A stretch of 64,000 bases of DNA from Patellaria atrata CBS 101060 (taxonomy: Eukaryota). Within the stretch, counting starts at the first letter, position 1. Each line of letters begins with the position of its first letter. Made by a program: the position numbers and the translations under genes. The stretch is taken from assembly GCA_010093705.1 (NCBI GenBank), contig MU006097.1, positions 445,905 through 509,904 of the forward strand, in the 5' to 3' direction. A model generated the notes under the pieces. The model did not search any database, was not told the origin of the DNA, and saw only the letters and a list, made by a program, of their open reading frames with translations. Positions 36,249 to 49,213 of this stretch are shown here, piece by piece.

Positions 36249-37235
36249 ATGATGCCTCGAGTTCTCATTTTTGGTACCGGAGGAATTGGTTCTGCTTATA
36301 CCTACGCTCTCACACAAGCTGGAGCTGATGTAACGGCTGTCTGTCGTTCCAATTATGAAGCCGTTAAGGCCAGGGGACTCGCAATCGATTCTATTGTTTG
36401 GGGTCACGATCTACATGTCCATCCGAATGTCGCGCGGACTTGTCTGGAGGCAGCTCAGGCACTGCCAGAGGGAGAAATATATGATTACATCGTGGTTACC
36501 AGCAAAGCATTTCCAGCATCCAAACCTTCAACAGCGGACAATATCAAACCGGCTGTAGGCAAGGGTACTACAATTGTTATAATTCAGAATGGTATTCGTA
36601 TAGAGCAAGAATATTCCGCCGCATTTCCGGATAATCCAATTATCTCTTGCGTTGTATATCTCCCTGTAACCCAGACCGAACCGGGAATCATCAAAATGCT
36701 TAACTTGGAACTTCTGGAAATGGGATCATATCCACAAGGAAGATTTCCCGAAGCTCCTCAAGCATTCGCAGAGCTACTTGGGAAGGGGAACGCCACAGCT
36801 AAAGTATATGAGGATATTCAGCCGCGGAGGTGGAGCAAGTTGCTCGTCAATTGCGCCTGGAATCCCATTTGCGCACTCACCCTTGGATCTGATGTGGAGT
36901 TTCTCACGTCATCAAAGGGGGCGGAAGATTTCGTTTTCAGTGTAATGATGGAAGTTGTAGCAATTGCTAAGACTCTGGGGTACGGTGAATTAGTCAACGA
37001 AAAGGAGGCCAGGAGACAGCTCGATCGAGCGGTAGCGAGGGTTCAGTCGAACCTTGGATACGAAGCCAGCATGTTGGCCGATGTAAGAAACGGGAGGAGG
37101 ATGGAGGTAGAAGCTATACTTGGAGGTGTCGTAAAGATAGGAAAGGAGAAGGGTGTTGTTGTTGAGAAACTCTCAGCTCTATACACTCTAGCGACTGCGC
37201 TAGATTCAAATATCCAAAGATGTAGGAAAGATTAA
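36249..37235 (+). CDS. 2-dehydropantoate 2-reductase (PanE/ApbA family)
   Basis: IFGTGGIG Rossmann motif, IIQNG, RWSKLLVNCAWNPICAL and SMLADVRNGRRMEVEAILG; intronless. Confidence 0.92.
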   Translation: MMPRVLIFGTGGIGSAYTYALTQAGADVTAVCRSNYEAVKARGLAIDSIVWGHDLHVHPNVARTCLEAAQALPEGEIYDYIVVTSKAFPASKPSTADNIKPAVGKGTTIVIIQNGIRIEQEYSAAFPDNPIISCVVYLPVTQTEPGIIKMLNLELLEMGSYPQGRFPEAPQAFAELLGKGNATAKVYEDIQPRRWSKLLVNCAWNPICALTLGSDVEFLTSSKGAEDFVFSVMMEVVAIAKTLGYGELVNEKEARRQLDRAVARVQSNLGYEASMLADVRNGRRMEVEAILGGVVKIGKEKGVVVEKLSALYTLATALDSNIQRCRKD

Positions 37236-38303
37236 TTTCTCATTCGAGCTATTTCATATGTATTCTTCCAATTCATTTGCTCCAACTTCACATTTTGCCG
37301 CCGGTAGGTGAGCATTCCTTGGCCTCTGTACGGTCGATGAACAACTATTAGTAGCTGGAAAAGTCTGCAGCAATGAGACTAAGTAAAGAATACAATATAT
37401 ACGGAATGTTTCGCGAAAGAGATAGGGTAGGTACTGTCTCTTGCTTTTCACATGTTCAAGTGTCGGCCAATACCACATAACGTTCCTTCTCTTTCTCAGC
37501 TCCCATCCACTAAATAGGGGTTTGGTTCAAGTATTTAGAGAGTTTTTTTTTAATAAAAAGGGAATTCATTTCCTTATTCTTGAGGTACAATTATTAAGGT
37601 GCCTTAATTTCATCTCTCCCGTCGTTACTCCGGTAATCTTCAGCAAACGCAGCTCAGTGGCTCCTTCCCTTTCCAAACGACCTACCGAATGCTCCTTCCA
37701 TCTATGGCTTCCTTCTTCTTTAGATATAAACAACAACTACCAGATTTGTCCCTATCGAAACTTGGCCATATGGTCTAGTTGGGGGAGACATTCGTCGGAG
37801 ACGTATCTCACCTTTGGTTCCATGTGCGAGTCCACTGGGCCGCACTTTGGGATGGTTTCATAATGCCGTGCGACCACCGCGAAAGCACCGAAAGGTGATT
37901 GTTTTTAATTTTTTTTTTGGAATTCTTTTTAATACTTTATGAGATATATATTTCTTTTTAAAGTTTTAGAGCTCTTTTTAATCCCTTATTAGATAAAAAT
38001 TTTTCTTTCCCGTTAACCAAAACACAGTGTGATATATACTTGATAGCGCAAATCGAAGTTAGAGTCCAGGAAATGAAGGTTTCTACATCTCAATCCTACA
38101 CACACTTAAAACACAATAATCAATGATTGTGGGTCATAAAGATGCTTGTTTCTCAAATTAGCCAGATTAGCGGTTATGTATATTAATTGTCAATTGGCGC
38201 TTCACTACATGAGCCGTCAAGCTATCACCTCGTATATCGCGAATATTATAAACTGAAGATATCGGACATTTTTGAAAATGGGGCGTGTCGTGTTCTTTCA
38301 AAG

Positions 38304-40545
38304 ATGTCACCCAAAGCATTTGGGACAGATTTCCGATGCTTTGCTCTCTTGCTGAGTCTAGTGGTATCAGTTTCTGCGATTGTCGCATCTCCTGACACTG
38401 TACAATCCGATATCTCTGTACTAATTCATAATGACCTTTACGGTATCCATCATATCTCACTCTTATTCTAAATTAATGATGCTAACCTTCTAATAGGAGA
38501 GTTAAGTGTGCGAAAGGGTGCTACACTTGTGGTTCATGAGCCTAAAACGATAATTGGAGCAATATCCACATGTGCTGCTTTCAACGAAGTTTTATGGACA
38601 CCAACTTTGTATAATGCGACATTCGATGGAAACAGCTTCCTTGGATTTCTTGCTTATAATTCGGGAGATGATCGCTTTTGGATATCGAGTACTTCCAATT
38701 CCTCTTGTCGAACCATTTCTGCCTCGGGGCGTATTAGGTCTTCAAGGTGCACCGTAAAATATCCTGTGCTGTGTACACAATCCGCTCCAGCGTCATATCT
38801 AAATGCAATTGACACGTCGGAAAAGTGGCAGGTTACCGTAAACAGCGCAGGACAGCGTATTACGGGATTTCGAGATAAATACTCCTTCCGTTTCCAAGGA
38901 ATCAGATACGCATCCCAACCCGAACGTTTTACCCATTCAACCCCGTATCATACCAAAGGGAACTTTTCGGCACTGGCTTTCAGTCCTCCGTGTATGCAAA
39001 GATACTGTCCCGGAAGCTCATGTAGTGAGGACTGCCTATTTCTCAATATCTGGTCCCCTCGCCTCCCATCAAGTTCGGCATCTTTCAAGTCTCTCAAACC
39101 TATCCTGGTCTGGTTTCATGGGGGAGCTTTTACCGGCGGTACTGGATCTGATCCCACCTTCGACGGTAGCTCCTTCGTTTCGAGAGGGGATGTCGTAGTC
39201 GTAACTGTGAACTATCGTCTTTCCACTCTTGGCTTCCTTGTCCTCGACGACGGCGTGACCAAGGGGAATTTCGGCATCGGAGATCAGATCACGGCGTTGG
39301 AATGGCTAAAAGTTCATGCTAAGGATTTTGGTGGTGACCCTGAACGAATTACGGTAGCTGGGCAGAGTGCTGGAGCTGCGAGCGTCAGAGCTCTGTTGGG
39401 GAGTCCCAGGGCAAAGGGGCTCTTTCACGCTGGAATCATGATGAGTTCACTGGGTGGATATGCGTATGCTACTACCTATTCGGAGTATTACTCGCTTCCA
39501 GACGCTGTGACAACTGTTACCAATCCGTTTTTGGAAGCTACTGGCTGTACCGGCGAAGATAAACTGGAGTGTTTGAGGGGAATAGATGCACTAGAGATCC
39601 AGACCAAAGGATATGAAATACGGTGAGTACAATCTACCATTGGAACTGTGGTGGAGATCTTGCTGATATTGAAAATATTCAGATTCGTAGTGCAGGATGG
39701 GGAATATGTCACTTACCCTCGCCTACCCCTGAGCAAAAACAGTACTGCTTTGAAAGTACCGATGATAATCGGTTGGATGCGAGATGATGGCGTAAGTTCT
39801 CCTCCAAGACTCTCCAGAAACTCTAATCTAATATAAGAGACAATAGGCAGCAATGATATCCTATCCGAAAAACATAACGAGCGCTTCGGACTTCATCGCC
39901 TCCCAGGGCCTTCCAGCTTCACTAGTTGCATCCTCATCCGTCTTTCCCTTACCAAGCGGACCAGACACAATTCAGAACATCTTCAACCTCACCGCCCGTA
40001 TCGCCACAGACGCCGAATTCCGCTGTCTAGGTCAAGCAACCGCGTACGCAGGCGTCCGGAACAGCGTCTTCCCCAACGTCTGGGTCTACGAATTCGACCG
40101 CGCCTACCAGATCCCGGAATGGAGCCCCAACGATCCCAACTGTAAACCACCGCCAACTACGTCTCATCCGCTCGGTGATCCGGCGAGAGAGTACTTTAAG
40201 TGTCACTCCGGCGACCTCCTTTCTGTCTTCGGCACCTTGTCCCGTCAGTCACTCCCCGACCGTGATGACCACGATATCCCTTTTAGTCAGCGGGTTCTTG
40301 ATAGCTTTGCTGCGTTCGTCCGGACGCATGATCCTAACCCTGATCCGGAGTTTTTGGAAGCGAGGGGGTTTGTGAATACAATGGGTGCGGTGGAGGAGGA
40401 TGGAAGGTGGGTGGAGGTTGAGGGGCGTGGGGAAATGGGGTTGAGGATGATGGCGCTTGCGGGGAGGGGAGAGGGCGGGATGAAAACATGGAGGGAGAGG
40501 GAACAGTGTGAGGTCTTAGGATTGGGGAATGAGTATTATTTGTAA
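38304..40545 (+). CDS. Secreted type-B carboxylesterase/cholinesterase-like protein
   Basis: Hydrophobic signal-like N-terminus. SEDCLFLNIW, WFHGGAF, FGGDPERIT, nucleophile motif GQSAG and catalytic His in CHSGD. Introns ~38443-38496, 39623-39682 and 39792-39846. Confidence 0.92.
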
Positions 40546-41337
40546 GTGAGGGCGTGAAGTCCAGATTATAGGGGGCGAAGGGTAAAAAGAAGGGGCGACA
40601 TTCTGAAAGTCCGTATGCTAGATTAAACGGCGTAAGAAGTGGAAAGAGGAGGAATAGTTCGATAAGCTTGAGAGATGAGAATTGGACTCGGATGGCTTGC
40701 GATTAGTTTTGAATTCGCAAATACCTTCGAGCATGCTTACTTTGATGGACTTCTGTGTACTTCCGAACGTCTACAACGAACTGTTCCTGCATCTTTGCTG
40801 CGTTAGCGTACTTCGCTCTGCTAATCCTTACGTCAGTAGATCGATCTCCTGTTGATCATCCTCTTGAAAACCTGAAAGTACTTCAAACTCGGCCGCCGAT
40901 CAGCAACATTCTAGAAGTACAGATTCCTTCCTGAGAGTCGACGAATAATGTGACTGATTATTTCTCGGCCATTAGGTGTTAGGTTGTCTCATACTACTGC
41001 AGGTTCGTCTCCTGTTCTCGGTAGCACGCTTGAGGTTTGCATAAACCCGGATAAGTTTACAGTAGCACTGATTGATTCTTTAGCTCTGCTGCCTTCCAGT
41101 CTTATTCATGGCATATAGGAAGATCCCTAACGCCACATTTACTTCTACTATGCGGAGGATTATAATGGACATGCCATATAACTCTCCAAGACTTTCACTT
41201 TGGGCATCCTGATTCTAGGCATCGTTTCAGTAATAGTATGGAGAATTAATTTGCCCTTCAAGGTAATGCCCCTTTTTATTGTTTGTAGGAGTATTCGGGA
41301 ACCACATGGGGGCTCTGGGTAACCTTTCCCTCATGAT

Positions 41338-42012
41338 CTAGATAAACAACGAGCGCTGATATCCTAAAGCAAAGAACTTGAACATGGACTGCTCTCTGAT
41401 ACAAGTTTCGAGCTCAGAAGCTGAAGAAGGGGGATGGGCAGAACATCGGATAGCATCGGGGAAGACTATAATTAGCTTAGCGCTATCATATATCGACCGC
41501 CGGTTTTTCAACTTAGTTCTAACGTTACCTTTTAGTTCTACAAATGTGGAGCTGTTAGTTCTGCCATCTCCTATAGTCGATGCATTTTGACGTTCACTGA
41601 ATCGTAAAGTCACTCTAATTTAGAAGTACCGAATATCAAACTCAACTATCTTGCCTGCGGCAACCTCCAGTCCTATCGGGCGAGATGGCTTCTCGGCTAG
41701 TTTCTCTAAGATGTGGAGACCAGTAAATCTTCCCTCGCTGGATATGCACACATAAGAGCCTGGATAGCTATGTTGGACGTTGAAGCAAATTTTGAGTTTC
41801 TCCCATGATGAGAGCTCATTACTTTTCTCTGAAGATCCTCGAAAGGAGCATCGCATGTAGAGGTTGGAGAAATCAAACCCGAACTGTACAGCTTCGAACA
41901 AAGGGACAGTGTTATTGCATGGTTCTCTCAGGATTTCCGTCAAACTACAGTTTACCGGGTACCTTCTAGGATTATATGCTTCAAGATGTTCTTTAAGGGA
42001 CCGCCCCAGCAA
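41338..42012 (-). pseudogene. Possible decayed gene of unknown family
   Basis: ORFs 42012-41620 and 41613-41338 are in the same frame and separated by one TAA. No recognisable motif. Confidence 0.25.
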
Positions 42013-42928
42013 TCTCCAGCTTTAAGGAGACCGTCTCATGCTATATCGCGTATTCCGCACTTTGCTACGTTTTCTGGAGTTCCATTTTTATCCACCAAAC
42101 ATCTGTCTTCAGCCCCAAATGGTAGATTCCGGTCTTAAAACTTTATATTCTTCGCACCACTCGAATCTGTCCTTGATGTGACCATCGTCTGTTCTGGTGC
42201 TATCCTATGGAGAGTTCGACTTTGGCAATCTTCGATCATTTAAACTTCGAAGAGAAGATCATATCCAATAAGTTTTATATCCGAACGACTGGTAGACCTC
42301 GCTAACTTTGCCCTTTTTTCGATAATCATCCGGACTAGGTCGAAGCTAAGCATATATACGAGTCTTTCGTTGTTCCCAACCGTCAATAAGCATTTTGATA
42401 CTTGGACGTACCTTGTACTTAAACTGACCACTCCTGATACAGTATCTGCATGAGTGGCGTAAAGACAAAGATATTGACAAGGATCGGCAATGCAAGCACG
42501 CAATATATAATTTACGAATGACTGGCATTGGCTGGATGTAAAGAGATCGGTTCCTGATAAGTTGATAAGATGAGCGTCTTCTTGAACGCTAGGCCTGGGT
42601 GCTGGATCCGAGTAAGTCGAACCGCCCTAGTCTCGAGAACCGAATCGTTCTCGAACGGGTCTGGTCTCTTCTATCGTACTTCTTGTTCAGCTTTTCAGTT
42701 ACTCTTAAGAAAGACCTCCCACTTGAATTACACCTTCCTACTCAGTACTCGACTGTACTGTACGGCCGGTTAGTCCTAAGACAACATCAACTTTAACAGT
42801 ACTCCAGAGAATGTACAAAGCATACACACCGAGGAGTGTCGAACATAAACTATCCTCTTTCTGTGTTGTATCTCTTCTTTCTGTGTTGTATCACTGTCTG
42901 AACGCATCACTCCTCTCCTTCTGTCAGC

Positions 42929-44334
42929 ATGGATCCAACCTTAATTGGTGATTCCAGCCGTTGGGATCGAACAAGACAGTGGACATTAGTAAATCTTTCG
43001 GTTGCATTGACAGTCCTTTCTGGTATGTTATTCTGATTGAGAGAACGCTGTCAACTTTCCTAATACTTCAATAGGAGTATTCGTAGTCTTACGCATCGGC
43101 ACTCGTCTGTGGTTAATGCGAAATGTGGGCTCGGATGACTACATGATTATCGCAGCTTTCATATTCACAGTAGGATATTTGGCCGAGATTATTGTTGGTA
43201 AACATTATGGTATGGGGATATCGGGACAGTTTCTCAACCTCGACCAGATGACTGCCAACTTGAAAGTAAGAGTATTTGACTAGCATGAGTTATTTCCCTG
43301 TTAACGCGAAATAGAACACGGTTGCTGTCGAGATTACTTACTATATAATTCTCTATTGCATCAAAGTATCCATCTTGCTTCTCTACTTGCGGATAGGTCA
43401 GTTTTGGTCAAAACAAGCAAGAAAATAAGGGGTAACTAACAAATATACAGCCGTCCAACAGTCATTCCGTAGACTCTGCATCTACACCATCGGCGTCCTA
43501 ACAATCTTCGTCATAATCTGCATCATCGTCTGCCTGACGCAGTGCATCCCCCTACACAAATTCTGGGACCTAACCGGCACCGTCCAGGGCTCATGCATAA
43601 ACAGTCTAGTCTTCTTCTACTTCACCTCCTCCTTCAACATTGTAACCGACATCTGGATCCTCGCTCTCCCCATCAAAACCCTCCTCTCGATCCAGCGCCC
43701 GACTCGGGAAAAGCTGGCCCTCTACCTCGTCTTCGGCATGGGCGCCTTCTCCCTCATCGCCTCCATCATCCGTCTACATACCCTCTACATCTTCGTCGAG
43801 TCCGCCGACCAGTTCTATGACGTCATACCCGTGAACGTGTGGTCCATCGTCGAAGTCACAGTCGCCATCATCTGCGCCTCCATCCCCTCCCTCAAACCCC
43901 TCATCTCGAAATCCCAGCGCGAGCGTCTCCGACCCAGCTTGCCCTCCTCGTCCGGAAGAGCCGGCACGCAGGGCAAGTATGGTTTCCACTCCATCGACAA
44001 GATGGGCGAACTGGCCGGGGGATCGAAACTCGAAGACAGGAAACATGCGCGTGTTAACTCGACGGAGGTACTGACGCCGAGGGGGAAGGGGGAGTTGGAG
44101 TTGTTTGAGCTTGAGAGGGATGGCTGCACGACGACGGTTGAGGGGAAGGAGCAGATGCATACCCGGAAGTCGAAGGGCGCGTATTGGCAGAGTGATAGTA
44201 GCAGTCAGGAGGATATACTACCGCTGCAGCATCCGGCGCCGAGTTATAATGGACCGGGCATCATGAAGGACACGACGGTCGAGGTGTTGAGTAAGAGGGA
44301 GAGTGGGTTTAAGGAGCCGGGAGAAAGGGTTTAA
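42929..44334 (+). CDS. Pth11-like (fungal rhodopsin-domain) integral membrane receptor, no CFEM domain
   Basis: Spliced VVLRIGTRL...GSDDYMI, IKVSILLLYLRI, LTQCIPLHKFWD...GSCIN, FNIVTDIWILALPI, ASIIRL and WSIVEVTVAIICASIPSLKPL. Three GT-AG introns. Confidence 0.9.
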
Positions 44335-45485
44335 AAAGAGTGAGGGTGAAGGGGGGTTGTTAGGAGCATGGGCATGAAGAAAATAACGGGATAGAAACCA
44401 AGCTAGTGACTTGTGCTTATATATTTCTCGGGATGACTGTGTATATTAGTCGTGTGACGTTGTGGAGCTACCCTGGTTCTGGGCTCTGAGTGCATAGATG
44501 ATGTGGGCGATCCGTTCGTGCTGAGAAGAACAATTACCTGTCATTTGTAATTAAGACCCCCCCCCCACCCCCCCCTTTTTTTTTTGTCTCTAAGTATACT
44601 GGGTTATTCCACCTTCCCAAAGACAAGTACTCCGATTTGGCTGTAGGATCGTCAAGATCTCATGTAAACCGTAATCAGCGCGTGGGGATGTGTATAACGT
44701 ACAGCGAATATAGACCACTACCTTACTCCTGATACACCAGAAGAAAATTCCTCATTTCGCTTCCTCGGGTACGGCGCGATCGCAGCACGGGTTTCCGTAG
44801 AAACAATACTCAGTACAAGTCCGGTATTGTTGGTGTTGGTACTGTAATGGGTCCCATAAGGTATTTTTTTTGCTCTGGACTATCATTCCGCGGCTGGATT
44901 TTACGAGCTTGTATGGATGGTGTATGGTACGGGGCGGTCCTTTATATAGATGGGTAAGTTGGAGGGGTTGATGAGTTTGTACAGCTGAGTGGATTTGGAC
45001 GAGTTGGTGATTTCTGTACAGTCCAGCCATAATTCGCTGTCTAGTCAGGCTTGTACGGTACGAAGTGGTCAAGTTCTATGGATCTCGTGGAATTGTACTG
45101 TCTAAGTCAATAGTACACTGGTCGAATTGCACGGTTTAGTCGCTTCGAATAATTCTGTTGATATTGAGTTTGAAGTAGTCAAGGTAATATTGGGAGGGAA
45201 AGGAAAACGTATTATTGGTTCGTAGTATTGAAAGTACCATGCAGTGTTCATGCTAATAGAGTGCGCTTTGTGGATGTATAAGGATGAGGGTACACGAGAA
45301 GGTTGTAATGTAAAGGTAAATTGCTCTAGAATGAATGTAAGCGCCGTGAGTGCTTAATCTCGTATGTGATGTACAGCATGATATACAATATTCACAATGA
45401 CCTACAATGCCCCATCTATACAATGATCCTGATTATGCAAACGTAGAAGCGAACGCTGATGATGCTAAAGTAAACTTACTACCAC

Positions 45486-48400
45486 CTAACTTAGCAACTC
45501 CTTGATATCTTCAATCCTCTGCACCTTTTTCTCTTCCTCACTCATCATTCCTAGGGAACTCGCGCTAAATAAATTGTCAGCCGGTAATCCAAGCGCCAAT
45601 AACAAAAGAACCCAATTTTATCACTCACATGAACTTCTTCCTCTCCTGGACCTTCAACATCTTCTCCTCAATGCTGCCCTCCACAATAAACCTATGCACA
45701 GTGACCTCCTTTTCCTGACCCATTCTATGCACACGATCTATCGCCTGGCTCTCCACGGCAAAACTCCACCACGGATCCATCATGAAGACACGGTTAGCGC
45801 ATGTTAAATTCAAGCCTACACCACCAGCTCGCAAACTTAGCAGCAGAACAAGCCCCTTTTTGGACTCGGCAAACTCAGTCAGTACCGCAGTCCGCTGCTT
45901 TTGGTTCAAGGAGCCATCGAAACGGACGAATTCGATTCGGTCTCGTGACAGCGCCGGCCCTAGCAGGTCGAGGAACGAGGTGAATTGTGAGAAGACGACG
46001 GATTTTGCTTGTGGCTCCCCGCGGCGAATACGTTTAAGGTGGCTAAGGAGTGTTGATACTTTGGCTGAAGAAGTGGTGCCGACACGGCGAAGAGATATGC
46101 GCGGTGTAGGCGAGCCGGATGACGTTAGACCACCGACCTCATCGTCGGGATGCGGGTCGTGTCTGACAACCTCAAATACATCTCGTGCATTGATGGGTTC
46201 GCGGCAGTTGAAGCAACGGGGCGATTCCCCCTTTTCGCGTTGGTGTTCGATGTAGTCCAAGAGACACTGCTTGCAGGCACTGTGCCAGCACCCGGTGACA
46301 GCTTGCTCGTCCATTGGCTCTTCAAAACATAGTGAGCATTCATTTGCTCTCTCGTCCTGAATTTGTTCGAGTACATGTACCCCATAGCGGTTAGCGTCTT
46401 GTTCTTCCTCGTCGGTAGTAAAGCGCGCAATTAGACTTTGCAAATCCATGTCGTCTGCGAGGCCATTCGCGACGTCTGCAGCAGCGGCGGCATCCTCCTC
46501 ATCAGCAACAATATCCTTGTTCCGCGTGAGAGTCGGATGACAACATGATTGTCGAAGACGGAGAATCTGTGCAAATATAGTCGTAAAGGACTTCATGACA
46601 GTTCCTGCCTCTACATTAGCATTAAACGTGCGCTTTGCCCGAGTGAATATATAATCATAGACGTCCTTTTCAGCTTCGGAAAATTGTATGTGGTCGATTT
46701 GAATCTTTCGCGGCGGTAAAGGGACGAGAGCTTCTCCGTCAGGGGTTTTCATATCCTTTGTCCGACGGAGTACAAGTGGCTCAAGTACGGTCTGCACAAC
46801 ATCAAGAGCTCTAATGAAGTCCTTGGACTCGAAGGGTACAGTAATGAAGGTCTTCCAGAATGAGAAATTACTCCACGGCTCGACCTTCAAGAAGCGGACA
46901 AGACTGAACAGATCTTCTAGACGATTGACGATCGGTGTGCCCGTGAGGACCCAACGATGCTTCGCACGTATTTCATAACAAGCTTTAGCTGTCTTTGATT
47001 GACGATTCTTGATATTGTGCGCTTCATCTAGGATAACTCGGAAATACTCGACTGAAAAGAGCCCTCCATGGGTACCACGATTACCATTATTGGCAGCGAC
47101 CTGATTGAATTCGGAAAGAATAACACCGTAACTAGTTATAATAACATTTGGCGCAGTAGCAGCGTTTGCTTCACAACATAAGTTTCGTATGTTAGCTATT
47201 TTATCGCTGCCATAATAGACCATAACTTTGAGTGTCCCTGGTTTTGATGCTTTTTCGGCTTCACTTTGCCATTGAGCCAGTAATGACATTGGTGCCACGA
47301 CAAGCGTAGTTCTGGGAGCACGTTCCACGGATGAGAAGTTTTTAGGAAGTCTGGGAAGGTTATTGACAGAAGCGTCCAGTAAGCTTTCAGCATCAATCTC
47401 AACTCTAGAAGTGTGAGAGTGGATTAAGCTGAGCATTTCGATTGTTTTCCCTAGACCCATTTCTGCATGAGTTAGTTTCAATCCTACATTTGTCTGTCCG
47501 AATGGGTGCTTACCATCAGCAAGAATACCTCCTAAACAATTCTGTTCTTGTACAGGAAACTCTAGTGACATCTCCCCGGAGTATGGATTTACGTAAAACT
47601 GGGGTTGATCTATAACTTCAGGGAGATCTTCTCCATCTACGTCTTTCGTAGGCCAGTTATACTCTTCCCAAAGAGGATGCATAGAGCGTTCCTTATGTTC
47701 TTGTTTTTCGTCTTTTTCTTTGCGCATCATCCAGTGTAATGCTTGCTTCTGATACTTTCGTAAACTCATAGCAAACGTCTTGGCCGGCTCCGCTTCTGGA
47801 GTATTGAAGTCAAAAGACTGTGCCTTCTTGTAGAGGGAATCTAACTGATCCTGCTCCAATTCTTCTCCATCTTCCGCATCATCTGAAGGTGGAGAAGAAG
47901 TACCACTGTTATCTTGCTTTTTAGACTGCGCAGCGTTCTGTTCCTTCTGATCTTCAACCTCTGCTGCTTTTAAAATGCCCTGGCGTTGATTCTTCACAGT
48001 CATTGAATTTGCTTGCGATGGTTGTAGGTTAATCTCCTCGAATAACCTTACCAAGGCCACCTGACGGAGGCGTAAGTTACGTTCATCTTCACTCTCTTTA
48101 GCTTCGAAAAGACCTGTATGTCGATTATTCTCTTCCGGCTTAACGAAGGCGAGGGCGTCGAAAGCACTTCGTAGCAGATAACACCGTAGTTGAAGATATA
48201 TAGTATCATTAGTTCGCATCCGGTCAGGAGCAAACACAACGGACCCTTCCAATCTGCAGACCTTTTGGTCCAGGAGAGCTGAAATCCACGCAGAAGACTC
48301 GTTTTCGAATCTACCTACTTCCTCCCCATTTGAGTTGGTGAACCGCACAATGATATCTTGACGTTTATTTGATGTGTTTCTAACTGTACCACCTTTTCCT

Positions 48401-49061
48401 AAGCGTGTGAAAGATTTCGTCTTTGTGCGTTCGATGTTGACCTTTTCCGCATGCTTAACAAGGCCACTTCCACTTCTCGTTGCCCAGCCGGCTACTCCGA
48501 ATGCGCCAATATATCGGTCCTTGGGCATAGAACGTAATTTTACCGGAACGGGAGCTACAGAAGATGACTCTCTGCGTGTAGTGCAAGGCTCTTTAGGTGG
48601 GGAAGACGCCTTTCTCCGGAATGAAAAGGAGGTTACAGGTTGTTGAGGTGCAGTTACGGACTGGACTTCATTGATTGTGTTCTTCCATGTTCCGTCTAGA
48701 TATATGTTTATTGCTATAGAACAATTAGTAGCTATACTTCTGATGTGAAGAGAAGCTTTCAACCTTGTTGTAAGTCATTGCCACTTAACTCCCTCAAACG
48801 CTTAACAATGTCCTGGGAGATAGTCTCTCCGACAATGCTTGCGAGCATCTCGCTATCAAATGCTTGTTCTCTATTGTTCCGAACCTCAGCTGGGTAGAGG
48901 TGAGCGTTGCTTTCGCAATCTTGTGTGCCAGAGGTAGCATCGGGAGTAGGGGACGGGAGAGCATGAGCGTCTGTTGGAATGAAACGGTCTATGATAGGAG
49001 ACTCTTCAACGAAGAATCGTCGTTTCTTGGTGGGCCGGTCGTCAAATTCAGAGAGACTCAT
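45486..49061 (-). CDS. rad5: Rad5 SNF2-family helicase / RING E3 ligase with HIRAN domain
   Basis: HIRAN region RYIGAFGVAGWAT...IVRFTNSNGEEVGR, GGILAD|EMGLGKT (51-nt intron 47463-47513), ILDEAH, RING CSLC...CWHSAC..C...CFNC and QAIDRVHRMGQ. Last exon IASSLGMMSEEEKKVQRIEDIKELLS. Confidence 0.96.
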
Positions 49062-49116
49062 CTTGTTGGAACAGTGCTTATTGCAGATACATCAAGCTCG
49101 AGATATTCCTTGAGAG

Positions 49117-49213
49117 ACGCGGGTTACGCGGGTCGAGGAAAGACGCGCTTCGTATGCACTAAATTTACTCTTTTGGGATCCACGTTGTTATCGATAAGAT
49201 CTCCACCCACGCG
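49117..49213. promoter_or_regulatory. Cluster of four ACGCG (MCB-core) elements upstream of rad5
   Basis: ACGCG at 49117, 49126, 49143 and 49209, all within ~150 bp of the rad5 ATG. MCB cores are typical of G1/S and DNA-repair promoters in fungi. Confidence 0.5.

Noticed and set aside
42855..42892. Short tandem duplications (CTTTCTGTGTTGTATC twice; also ACAAGCCTAAAGTA twice at ~63772-63800)
   Set aside because: Two-copy slippage duplications with no further structure.
36249..44334. Possible secondary-metabolite cluster (reductase, esterase, receptor)
   Set aside because: No PKS, NRPS or terpene backbone gene, transporter or cluster transcription factor is present.
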